Positions 40,901 through 52,589 of a DNA stretch of 64,000 bases are shown here, one piece after another; position 1 is the stretch's first letter, and each line of letters opens with the position of its first letter. The notes under the pieces are model-generated. The model saw only the letters and a list, made by a program, of their open reading frames with translations, made no database searches and was not told the DNA's origin. Location of the stretch: the NCBI GenBank assembly GCA_040954595.2, contig CM082590.2:372001-436000 (forward strand), read 5' to 3'. The position numbers and the translations under genes are program-made. Source of the stretch: Balanoglossus misakiensis (Eukaryota; Animalia; Hemichordata).

Positions 40901-43900
40901 CAGATTTTGAGATATGTATGTATATTTATCCAAAATAATATGTGGTCATAGCTTAACTATGTGAAGTATAGGCCCATGGCTTGGGCGAAAAATATGAAAA
41001 ATAATACTTAAAAATCTTCTTCTCATAATGGACTTGGCCTACGGCCTTGAAATTTGGCATGTAGGACACTGACCACATGGTCCACAAAGTATCTTAACAG
41101 AATTTTGATATCTCAATTCATATGCAAATTAGGCCAATTTGAAAAATTTGCCCATATATGGTCATCAGGTCACGTGACTTATTAAACATTCACAAGGGTA
41201 CAGATCATGCTCTCATAGGCCTGCACCACTGTGCCAACTTTGAAATTTGTAGGTTCAGCCGTTTTCCAGATCTAGCTGGCCGAAAAAACGACTGAAGAAG
41301 AAGAAGAAAAAAGCCAGTAATACCAATAGGGCCCAAGCCTGCTTGGCTTGGGCCCTAACAACACGATTTCAAGAGGGTTTCGAGACCCCTCTGGTCTCGA
41401 AACCCTAATTCCAACGAAACCAATAGGGCCCAAGCGCTTGCTTGCGCTTGGGCCCTAAAAAAGCCAGTAATACCAATAGGGCACAAGCCTGCTGGGCTTG
41501 TGCCCTAAAGAGAAACTCCAGTAAAAAATATAGCTGCAAGCAGCGATGACGGGCACAAGCTTAAGCCGAAGGTCAAAGGTCATATGTGGTCACCCAAAAA
41601 TTGGGCAAAAAGTTTTGACCCCCATACTAGTCCAGGTCCAACAGAAACCAGACCTCTAGCCCTATTGGTTTGTCTGAAATTAGATATGCGCATAATTAAT
41701 GATGTAAAGTGTAAGACTCTATCAATAGTTCGATCCATCCAAACACAAATGCTGTACCTGTTCTGGATGCCGAGATATAGGAAAGTAGGTCAAAGGTCAC
41801 CTGAGGCCATCCGAAAGTTTAGCAAAAAACTTTGACCCCATACTGATCCATGTCCCACAAGAACAAAACCTCTAACCCTATTGGTTAGCCTGGAATTAGG
41901 TATGCACATAATTAATGAGATAAGCAGGTGTCACAGGTGACCCCCAAATTTGGCTTTTCAATTATAGTCCCAACCCTCCAAACGCCAAGTCTGTACCTGC
42001 TATTGATGCGGAGATATAGGAAAGTAGGTCAAAGGTCACCTGAGGTCACCCAGAATTTGGGCAAATTTTTTTAACCCCATACTGGTCCATGACCAAAAAG
42101 AACGAAACCTCTAGCCCTATTAGTTAGCCCGGAATCAGGTATGCACATAATTAATGAGTTTAGCAGGTGTTACAGGTGAGCCCGAAATTTTGCCTTTTAA
42201 TGTGGTCCCATTCTGCTCACGGGCCAGTAGGCAGTCACTGTACAGGACCATTGCACAGACATGTACATGGCGTCATAGCTAAACTATAGAAAGTATAGGC
42301 CCATGGCTGGGTCCAAAAATATTAAAAACTACTAATATTTACAAGTCTTCTTCTCAAAATAGACTTGGCCCACGGCCTTGATATTTGGCATGTAGGACAC
42401 TGATCACATGGTCCACAAAAGTTGCTAAAAGAATTTCGATATCTCCATTCATATGCAAATTAGGCCCATTTGAAAACTTTGCCCATATATGGTCATCAAG
42501 CCACATGACTAATTAAACATTCACAGGGATACTGCACCAGCTCTCATAGGCCTGCACCATTGTGCCAAGTTTGAGATTTGTAGGTTCAGCCGTTTTCAAG
42601 ATCTACCTGAGCAAAAAAACTACACAAGAAAAAAAAAAAGATGAAAAACCCCAGTAATACCAATAGGGCACAAGCCTGCTTGGCTTGTGCCCTAAATATA
42701 GCTGCAAGCAGCGATGACGGGTCCAAGCTTAAGCCGAAGGTCAAAGGTCATAAGTGGTCACCTAATATTTGGGCAAGAAATTTTGACCCCATACTGCTCC
42801 ATGTCCCACAAGAACAAAATCTCTAGCCCAATTGGTTCGCCTACAATTAGGTATGCGCATAATTAATGAGGTAAAGTGTAAGGCTCCATCAGGAGTTCCA
42901 TCCCTCCAAATGCCAAGGCTGTATCTGCTGTGGATGCCAAGATATGGTAAAGTAGGTCAAAGGTCACCTGAGGTCACCCAAAATTTGGGCAAGAAATTTT
43001 GACTCCATACTGGTCCATGTTAAACAAAAATCAAACCTCTAACCCTATTGGTTAGCCTGGAATTAGGTATGCACATAATTAATGAGATATGCAGGTGTCA
43101 CAGGTGACCCCCATCTTGGCTTTTCAATTTTAGTCCCAACCCTCCAAACGCCAAGTCTGTACCTGCTCTGGGTGCCGAGATATAGGAAAGTAGGTCAAAG
43201 GTCACCTGAGGTCACCCAAAATTTGGGAAAAAATTATTGACCCAATACTGGTCCATGTCCCACAAGAACGAAACCTCTAGCCCTATTAGTTACCCCGGAA
43301 TTAGGTATGTACATAATTAATGAGTTAAGCAGGTGTTACAGGTGAGCCCAAAATATTGCCTTTTATTTCGGTCCCATTCTGCTCACTGGCCAAAAGACAG
43401 CCACTTTATAGAACCATTGCACAGACCAGAATTCCACAATAAAACGTGGACATAGCTTAACTATGGAGGTATAACTAAAGGTATAAATTTAATATAAAAA
43501 TTAATATAAAAAAATCGGTTGATTTTTCATATTATTTTTTTTTCGCTTAAAATGATTGACAAATGCTAGGCTAGCTGCACACCAAAGTTGGAGTTGATCG
43601 GCTGAACAGATTTTGAGATATGTATGTATATTTATCCAAAATAATATGTGGTCATAGCTTAACTATGTGAAGTATAGGCCCATAGCTTGGGCGAAAAATA
43701 TGAAAAATAATACTTAAAAATCTTCTTCTCATAATGGACTTGGCCCACGGCCTTGAAATTTGGCATGTAGGACACTGACCACATGGTCCACAAAGTATCT
43801 TAACAGAATTTTGATATCTCAATTCATATGCAAATTAGGCCAATTTGAAAAATTTGCCCATATATGGTCATCAGGTCACGTGACTTATTAAACATTCACA

Positions 43901-44282
43901 AGGGTACAGATCATGCTCTCATAGGCCTGCACCACTGTGCCAACTTTGAAATTTGTAGGTTCAGCCGTTTTCCAGATCTAGCTGGCCGAAAAAACGACTG
44001 AAGAAGAAGAAGAAAAAAGCCAGTAATACCAATAGGGCCCAAGCCTGCTTGGCTTGGGCCCTAACAATAGGGCACAAGCCTGCTGGGCTTGTGCCCTAAA
44101 AACAACACGAGACCCCTCTGGTCTCGAAACCCTAAAAAACAACACGATTTCAAGAGGGTTTCGAGACCCCTCTGGTCTCGAAACCCTAAAAATCATCAAT
44201 GGATTGCTGAGAATTGCCTTCCGTATGATCTTGACTGGGTTTCCTTTGGGTTTTGCATTGAGGACGCAATTATTTATATTAA

Positions 44283-45087
44283 GGCTGCATTCACAAACAC
44301 CTCTGGAGGGGGGGCGGGAGAATTCAATTTTTTTTACCGCTAATTTTCACATGCCCCCCTATACAACCCGAAATATTTTCAAATCCCCCCCTTCCGAACT
44401 GCCAAAATTTTGAAATCCCCCCCCCTATTTTCTTTCACAGAGCAAAACACATCACCTATCTATCTTGTAAAAAAGAAAAACAGCGCTCCCATGAAAAGAA
44501 TTTGAAACTGATGTTTCCCCTCATCAGTGGGTATTAAAACTGAACATTGTTTTTATTTTTTTAAGTATTTGTATTCTGTGTTGGGAGACATTGTAAACCG
44601 AGAATTGAAGGGGGTGGGTTTGGGAGGGGGTGTCCCCCCCCCCCCCCCCACGTAAGAAAATTTTATAAAATACAGAGCTCAAAGCTGCATTTTAATGAAC
44701 CCCGAAAAAGCTAATTAACTCAACTACCGGTATGTTGGGGAGGACAAATTTAACCGTCGCCGCTCAAAGTTATCATGGGGTGGGGGCAAGTCCCCTGACC
44801 TGGGACACTAGATAAACCAGTCAATGATTGAAAGGTGTTGATGAATGGAGGAGGTGGGTGTGGGAGGGGGTGTCCCCCCTCCACATTAGAAAATTTTGTA
44901 AAATAAAGGGCGCGAAACTGCATTTTTGTGGACTCAAAATAAATATTTAGTCGTCAAAGTTTTCAAGTCCCCCCCTTTCAGTTTCTAAATTATTTCAAAT
45001 CCCCCCCTTACATACCCTCAATTTTTTCAAATCCCCCCCTCAATTCTCCTGCCCCCCCCCCCTCCAGAGGTGTTTGTGAATGCAGCC
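44283..45087. mobile_element. PIF/Harbinger-like MITE
   Basis: TAA TSDs; >30-bp TIR GGCTGCATTCACAAACACCTCTGGAGGGGGG. Confidence 0.88.
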
Positions 45088-45129
45088 TAAATGTTTTTGT
45101 TGAAAAATACTGGCTCAAGTTGAATAAAG

Positions 45130-48100
45130 ACTGCAACTGTCTGACAATGATATGGAAAGCACAAAAGTCATATTAAACAAACTAGAGGCACATTTTATGC
45201 CAAAGCGAAAAATCCTGTATGAGAGATATGTATTTCACAGAACGGATCAGCGAACAAATGAAACAGTTGACCAGCTTGTTATAAGACTTCATCAGCTAGC
45301 AGACCTGTGCAAGTTTGGTACTTTAGAAGATGAGATGATAGTGACAGATTGGTAGGCTGTAAGGATTCTGCAGCTAGAGCACGATTGTTCGGGGAATCTG
45401 AATGCACTCTACAAAAAGCAATAGAGTCCTTCAGAATAAGTGAAGTTTCACAGCAGCAGTTGAAGCAAATGGGTCTAGATAGCACAACTAACCCAGTCAA
45501 CTTTGTAAAGAGAAGAAACAAAGCTGCTGCAAAGAAACCAAACCAGAGTGGTGACGTTCAGAGGTCAAAGGTTAAACAGAAACAAGCACCTAAAAAAACT
45601 GTCCAAGTGCAAATACTGTGGAAGCAGTCATAAACGAGACAAAAATAAATGCCCTGCATTTGGTAAGACATGCAGAAGTTGTGATAGACAAAATCACTTT
45701 CAGTCTGTCTGTAACCAGAAGCAGCAGTCACAACAGAATTTGCACAAATTGGAGGAATCCTCAGATAGCGATGATTCAATCTACATGGTAGAAACAACAC
45801 AACAGGATGAGACAGTTCTTTGTACCAGTCACATTTTGTGATACAACTGGAGACACTGTTATTACATGTCAGCTAGACACAGGTGCCTCCTGCAACATAT
45901 CATATAATGATCTGTGTGATATCAGACAATGTGGTGACCCAGAATTCATAGTTCCACCCTACGGTATAAGCCACGCCCCCCCCCCCACACCTGGTTACTG
46001 TTGCTACGCTCCACAAGCTTTGAGCTTGTGGAACACTGACCTCCTCCATAATGTGGATGGGGAAACTAGATTTGTTCAGCGATAGTCTGCGCAACGTTCC
46101 TAGCGACATTTCTGTATGCTACCAACCAGAGTTTAAAATCCTATCCAAGAAGTCACAGGAAAAGAGTTTAATTATTTCGGACGAGTGTGCCTTCATCGCG
46201 GACGGGTGATCCCCCATATAGCAGCCGTTTCCCCCCGAGTCGTGGGGAATTTCGAGTTCGCGACGCAGACACACGAGTGAGGAATACGGGGGAATTATAT
46301 GTATATCACATACATAGACCAAGTTTCATTGTGAATTTCAAACATTTCAGCGAAAAAATAGCACTATTTTAAAAGGATCGACAGATCATGTTATGCGGTC
46401 GGGGTCACACGCAAAACGGACATTAAACCACGATCGGCTGTAGAACTAGTAATAACGGGCCTTGAAGGTTAGGTTTATGGTGCTATTTCTGAGTGAAATC
46501 AGATGAAATATGAGACACAAGAGGTTTCACTTCACCTGAAGATATTTATGGTAGGTAAACATTGATGAAAACACTGATAACACGGCGAATTCAGAAAACT
46601 ATGTGAACGTTACTTAGATTGACAGCGCGGCCCCATTGTTTACAACGCCGGCCATTTTATAAAGGGTCAAACAACCTTGACTTTTTGAATGGAAATTGCA
46701 AGCAGCATATCAATTTCAAATTTGTGAAACACTTTAACAATAAAGTCATAGTTAAATATTTATATTGAAGCAGTCAGACGTGTCAGTTTAAAATCTAAAC
46801 GCAAACTTTTATCCACCACCTGAGACACCTCTCTCTCTGCGTTTTTGGCTTCGGAAACGGAACAAAATATATACTCGATGTTGGGTCAAGGTACCTTTCA
46901 TCCGATTTACACGTCCCCCAGGCGCATCTCTTCACCATTCTGGCCGATATTTTAAAACCAATAAATTCCCAAAACTGAAATAAAACTTCCAGTCTGTCTA
47001 TTTCTAACAGGGCATGTACTGTAGGCTGGGCAATGTTGTTGATTATATGTGGGACAAAATGGCGGTTGCGCAACAGCATGACTTTTCTTGGCTCTGATTG
47101 GCTGAGGGTTCAGTTTGATTGACAGCTGTGCAACCACGAATTGGAGATCATTAAAGCCAAACTCAAGCTGTATGATAAAAGCCTAATCAGCGCTGTAGAT
47201 GAATGTAACCTGACATGCCAGTATAAGGGTATGCAATACCAACTCAACTTCAAAGTGGTAAATGGTAAGCAGAAACCACTGCTTTCTGGAGAAACCTGTA
47301 CGAAAATGGGACTGATCACGGTGAATATTGTAAATCATATTTCCACCACATCAGCGGCCTGCAGGCCAGATACAGTCAGCATCATGGCTGAATACAAAGA
47401 TGTGTTTATAGGGTTAGGATGTTTACCTGGAGAATACCAAATAGAAGTCGATCCATCAGTTAAGCCAGTGCAACATACGCCAAGACATGTTCCTCTGAAA
47501 GCCAAACTGAAAGTCAAAATGGAAGAAATGGAAGCAAAAGGAATAGTGAAGAAAGTAACACAGTCCACTCAATGGATTAGCAGCTTAGTAGCAGTTATCA
47601 GACCAAACAAGCTCAGATTGTGTCTGGATCCAAGAGACTTGAATCAAGTTATTCGTCGCCCGAAGTACCAGATGCCAACATTGGACGAAATGCTACCGAA
47701 GTAGGTGAATGCAAAATTATTCTCAGTCCTCCATGCCAAAAATGATTTCCATCAGGTTGAGCTGGATGAACAGAGCTCACTCTTGACTGCATTATGGACA
47801 CCATTTGGCAGATATCGGTATCAGAGAATGCAGTTTGGCATTTCTTCTGCCCCAGAGGAATTTCAGCAGCAAATTCACGAAGTTCTTGATGATCTACAAG
47901 GAATCTATATCATTGCAGATGACATACTAGTGTGTGGATATGGAGATACCCTAAAGCAGTAGACAACAGCCCACAACAGTAACTTGAAAGGTCTATTGCA
48001 AAGAGCAAGAGAAGTAAATCTGAAGCTAAACAAGAAAAAGCTGAGACTTTCACTGACAGAGGTTCCATTTATAGGTCAGCTGATAAACAGCAACGGATTG

Positions 48101-50064
48101 CGTCCAGATCCACAAAAGGTGCAGGCCATACAATTACAAGAGATGCTGAGACCTGAAAACATGCAAGAAAGCAGTGCAACGCTTGCTTGGTTGTGTGAAC
48201 TATCTGTCTAGATATTTACCCAAGCTAGCAGAAATCAGCGAGCCTCTCCAACGACTGATACAAAATGCAACACAGTTTGTATGGGAGTCTCAGCAAGAGG
48301 AATCCTTTGTGAAGATAAAGCAGATGATTTCACAAGTGCCAATACTGAAGTACTACAACCTGTTGCCTTTGCGTCTACGTTTCTATCGCAAACAGATCAG
48401 AACTATGCACAGATTGAGAAAGAGTGCTTGGCAGTCGTGTTTGCTGGTACCCATCTTCGTGAAACCCATTCACAGAGCACCGAAGCGGTTGCAGCGAATG
48501 CTATTGCGGCTCCAACAGTACAATCTGAAAGTCCAGTACAAACCGGGTAACCAGATGTTCATAGCCGACATGCTTAGTAGAGCATAGCTACAAACCCAAA
48601 AAACAACCACACTCCCTGAGTATCAGATCTTCAAACTTGATGAAGAGGACAGGTTGTTTCAGGAGATTGAGCACATCAATCAAGCAGATTATCTACGTGT
48701 CAGTGATGGCAGTCAGGAACAGGTCCAAAGATTGACACAGACAGACCCGACTTTGCAAGCTCTTATGACAACAGTTTTGTCAGGATGGCCAGCCACCAGA
48801 GACGAAGTTCCTGTGTGCATCTGAGATTATTGGTCGTATAGAGATGAAGTCACAGTGCAGAACTAAATTCTGTACAAAGGAAATCATGTCATTGTTCCAA
48901 AACTAATGAGACCACAGATGACGGATAGACTTCATTCGACGCATGTGTTCGCCGAGCACGAGACGTTCTCTTATGGCCCGGAATGTCAGCTGAAATAAAT
49001 GACCAGGTCAGCCAGTGTAATACGTGCAACGAGTATCTTAGCAAACAGCAGAAAGAACTGTTGATGTCACATGAGATTCCAACCAAATCCTGGAAAATGG
49101 TGGGACAAGATCTCTTCAACTATATGAAAGCTGATTATCTTATCACACTTGATTACTTCTGGGAAATTGACAGGCACGACAAGGACACAACGTCAGAAAC
49201 TATCATTCAATGTACCAAGTCTCACTTTGCCCGACATGGTATTCTAGAGAAATTGATGTCAGACAATGGTCCTCAGTTCATATCTGAAGAATATGCTACA
49301 TTTGCCAGAGATTGAGAATTTGATCATGTCACCAATTCCCCATACAACAGTCAGAGTAATGGCAAAGTTGAATCAGCTGTCAAAATTGCCAAAAAGTTGA
49401 TCAAGAGATCCAGAAGAGATGGGAAAAATCATCTGTATCCATCCATTTTGGATTGGAGAAACACTCCAAATAGTATGGATGATTGCAGTTCTACAAAGAA
49501 GTTGATGTCTCGCAGAATACGTACACTACTACCGACACCAGAAGCGTTCCCAGGTGTTACTGATAGTATCAAGCTACGGAAGCAGAAAACAAAGACTGAG
49601 GCAGTATGACAAATCTGCAAAGCAGTTGCCAGAATTGGACGTTGGACAATCTATTTGAATGCAACCTACCAATCCTAGAGATCCATGGAGAAAAGGATCC
49701 TGCGTTGGAAAAGCTCGTCCAAGATCGTATTTGGTGGAAAAAAAATGATGGAAAAGTATACAGGCGCAACCGGAAGTTCATACGTGATAATCTGATATAC
49801 ATGAATCACCTGATGAATATTGTGCCACAGAAATGCCACATGCAAAGGAAAAACCAGCTCAACAAGGCACAACTAAACCAGTGCCAGTGGGTGTGACTAC
49901 AAAGTCACCTGATCCTGTCTCAAACAGCACCCAGAGTTGTTCCAGAGAAACAACTGATGACCCCAGTCAAGCAGACAAAGACTAACACTGTTCCAGCGAG
50001 ATCCACCAGAACCAGAAGTTACATCAAACCAGAAGCCAAATATGATGATTCTGTGATGTCTTAG
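45130..50064 (+). pseudogene. Decayed Gypsy (K02A2.6-like) gag-pol; no LTRs recognised
   Basis: gag YERYVF, CKFG and CKYCG..H..CPAFGKTC..C..NHF..VC; protease LDTGASCN; RT LRLCLDPRDLN, TPFGRY, IIADDIL; RNase H NYAQIEKE; integrase WPGM, SDNGPQF, QSNGKVE. Many stops, frameshifts and deletions. Confidence 0.92.
45947..47138 (-). mobile_element. THAP-bearing non-autonomous DNA transposon inserted in the Gypsy protease
   Basis: AATT is duplicated (45943-46, 47139-42) and removal restores GDPELEIIKAKLKLYD. Imperfect TIR CATAGTTCCAC / GTGCAACCACG. The minus strand reads MVKRCAWGTCKSD...FVPFPKPK...CLRWWIKVC (THAP N-terminus). Confidence 0.8.
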
Positions 50065-50250
50065 TGTACATATCTAGTACATTGTACAGTTGAAATTCGT
50101 CAATCTGAAATCAGTGCACCTATGTTGATTGTATTGAAATTATACAGTTGAAGTTTCATAATTTGTTGAGGTTATGACGTTTGAGTTTTATTGTTTATAC
50201 CGCGAACTCTGTGAATCACAAAGGACACTGCAACTGACTTTTTTATGTTT

Positions 50251-51490
50251 TTATGCTAACATAACTAGAGCAAACCATGTGTTGGGGGTCAAAGGTCAAT
50301 CTTTTGACAACACTAATCCGCCCCAAAGGGGAGGGAAAAGAGAAGAAAAGAAAGACTTTTTTTTTACAAACACACACTGGCGGGAAGTGAGGTCTCTCTG
50401 CGACAACAGCTGTGAGAAGATGCTGGTCGAGTATACAGCCCCGTACCAGGACTCAACCTCGTACCCGCATAAAATAACAATATACATAGTCTATTGTTCA
50501 CTTTATGCTAACATAACTAGAGCAAACCATGTGTTGGGGGTCAAAGGTCAATCTTTATTGACAACACTAATCCGCCCCAAAGGGGAGGGAAAAGAGAAGA
50601 AAAGAAAGAATTTTTTTTTACAAACACACACTGGCGGGAAAGTGAGGTCTCTCGGCGACAACAGCTATGAGAAGATGCTGGTCGAGTAACACAGCCCCCT
50701 ACCAGGACTCAACCTCGTACCGGCATAAAATACCAATAAACAGAGTCTATTGTTCACTTTATGCTAACATAACCAGTGTTCTCCCCAGAGGGTTTTAGCG
50801 TATCGGGGCCGATATTCTATAATTTTGCCCGATACGCTATCAATCAGGCTGATACGCTATGCGATATCCTTGTAAATGGAACCGCCTATTCACGCCTGTG
50901 TTGCTTTTTCACAAATGAACGTCTGTTGTTGTAAAATTAAAACAATGAAACGAACATTGCAATCGTTTTGTATGGTTTTGGTCGACATTCACACGTTCAC
51001 AGCTCTTTAGCGACTGACTGGAGGTGTGAAACGGAGATTGTGCCGTCCTGGAGTCAGCTGGTACATGGTGGCCGCCATATTTGTTTACATCTTCCGCGCG
51101 TGCAGTCGAGTCTGATCGAGACGCGGTAGATAGAGGTAGTTGCTTCCGATGTCCACGTGTTTATTATGTTCAAAGTAAAACTCGGTTTATTACAACATGA
51201 GCTGTCTTTCGAAACCTGGGGGTTTGCATGGTGCTTATTTCTGTGTGTTCACAGCCAGCCACTGTACTTTCACTTGATATATGAATGTTTATTATGCCAT
51301 GTTAAATATTGTTTACTGCCATGTCTACTCATAGATTTGTAAAAAGGCAAGCTAAACATGTTAATTGTTATGTAAATTTATGCAAATTAGCCGATATCCT
51401 ATAAAAAAATCTGGGGAGAACACTGCATAACTACAGCAAACCATGTGTCTGGGGTCAAAGGTCAATCTTTATTGACAACACTAATCCGCC
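50251..51490. repeat. ~252-bp tandem repeat (two copies plus a partial third split by a MITE)
   Basis: TTATGCTAACATAAC starts at 50251, 50503 and 50759; the 171-aa ORF repeats internally as a consequence. Confidence 0.85.
50774..51425. mobile_element. hAT-like MITE with 6-bp TSD
   Basis: TIR CAGTGTTCTCCCCAGA / TCTGGGGAGAACACTG; CATAAC is duplicated, and the empty site is confirmed by the sister tandem copies. Confidence 0.88.
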
Positions 51491-51683
51491 AAACCCCCAA
51501 TACCGGAAAAGTTACTTTTCCACCCCCCACCCCCGTTTTTGTCGTCATCTAGCTACACTAACTTACATTGTCATGGCAACTGACATGGCTCTAACAATTT
51601 TTTGCTATAGTCTCTGATCTAAAGAAAACATACTTCTCAAATGCATTTGACTTCCAATCCCCTTGTTGTTTGATCAGTAGGGG

Positions 51684-52573
51684 TACGGTTACTAGAAGAA
51701 GACGGTTGGGAAACTATCTGGCTGTCCATTGTAAGATGCTCGACTCGGTAAACACTAAGAGTAAACGAAAGATATCAGGTGCTGACGAGCCTGGCCATAC
51801 GAATAAACAGACAGAATAACTGACCGCTCGGTCAAAATGACGTCATTACCCCTACAATCCAAAGCAAACCATACTCATGTTTACGGAATTGCTTGCACGC
51901 ACAGTACGTATACCACCAGATTTGAGGAAAACAGAACAGAGAGTGGATAATTTATAAAGTCACAGCACATTTATGACAATTTTGAACTTTCAAGGACATG
52001 ATGAAGCCATACATTCTTTGTCTTGACCGTGCCCTAGAGATTCGATCGAATCGATGCGAACCAAAACAAACAAGATGGCCGCCAAAGGCTATATCGATAA
52101 TGTTAACGACTGTATTGAAATGGGTATGCAATCTCAACGAAATATGCCAATTGGAATAAACGAAATAGCCCATGCAATACAAAAAGGTGTAAAATATCTA
52201 AATATATAATTTAAAAAAAACAGAAATGCGACCATCAGGGTTGAATTCTAGGGGTTCAAAATTCGACGCTATTTGAATCCGGACGTTTAGTTAACCACCC
52301 AAGAAACAATGGTAGAGTGTCGCAAGCCCAACAGACTATGACCGTGTACTCCATAAGCCTTTATGGAACTCGCACACAAAAAAAAGAGGCGCTGTACTCT
52401 GACGAAAAAGGGCAGATGAAGGGTTACAAATATTAGCTAGGTTCCCCAATACAACCCCACACTGTGACATCATCAACGCTCATAGTGGTTTGGACATGTA
52501 CTCTCCTAGCTAACACCTCCTTCACACCTTCCGAACAATAGAGTTTTCCAACCGTCTTCTTCTAGTAACCGTG
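51684..52573. mobile_element. Non-autonomous DNA transposon with 7-bp TSD (P-element-like)
   Basis: ~32-bp TIR (C/T)ACGGTTACTAGAAGAAGACGGTTGG; GTAGGGG direct repeat at 51677-83 and 52574-80. Confidence 0.8.
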
Positions 52574-52589
52574 GTAGGGGGGAATTCCA

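Larger units (their letters stand above)
32151..44189 (-). mobile_element. Cluster of six head-to-tail or nested HINE/Helentron-like elements: B1 32151-36324 with head at 41357-41408; A1 36323-37958; B2 37957-39686; A2 39684-41358; A3 41526-42696; A4 42694-44064
   Basis: Each has a long subTIR hairpin and a (GAA/TAA)n microsatellite at one end, ~238-bp internal monomers, and a subTIR plus GCTG(C)..(G)CAGC stem-loop at the other end. Junctions read CCCTAAATATAGCTG with no TSD. This matches DINE-1/HINE architecture. Confidence 0.8.

Noticed and set aside
41327-41508. CRISPR array (regularly spaced palindromes; also 44033-44189 and 56216-56427)
   Set aside because: The palindromes differ in sequence, the spacers are conserved rather than unique, there are no cas genes, the context is eukaryotic, and each unit matches a HINE terminus.
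50174-50689. 171-aa ORF, or Gypsy LTR pair
   Set aside because: The ORF just reads through a 252-bp tandem repeat. The repeats are adjacent, lack TG..CA ends and have no copy 5' of gag.
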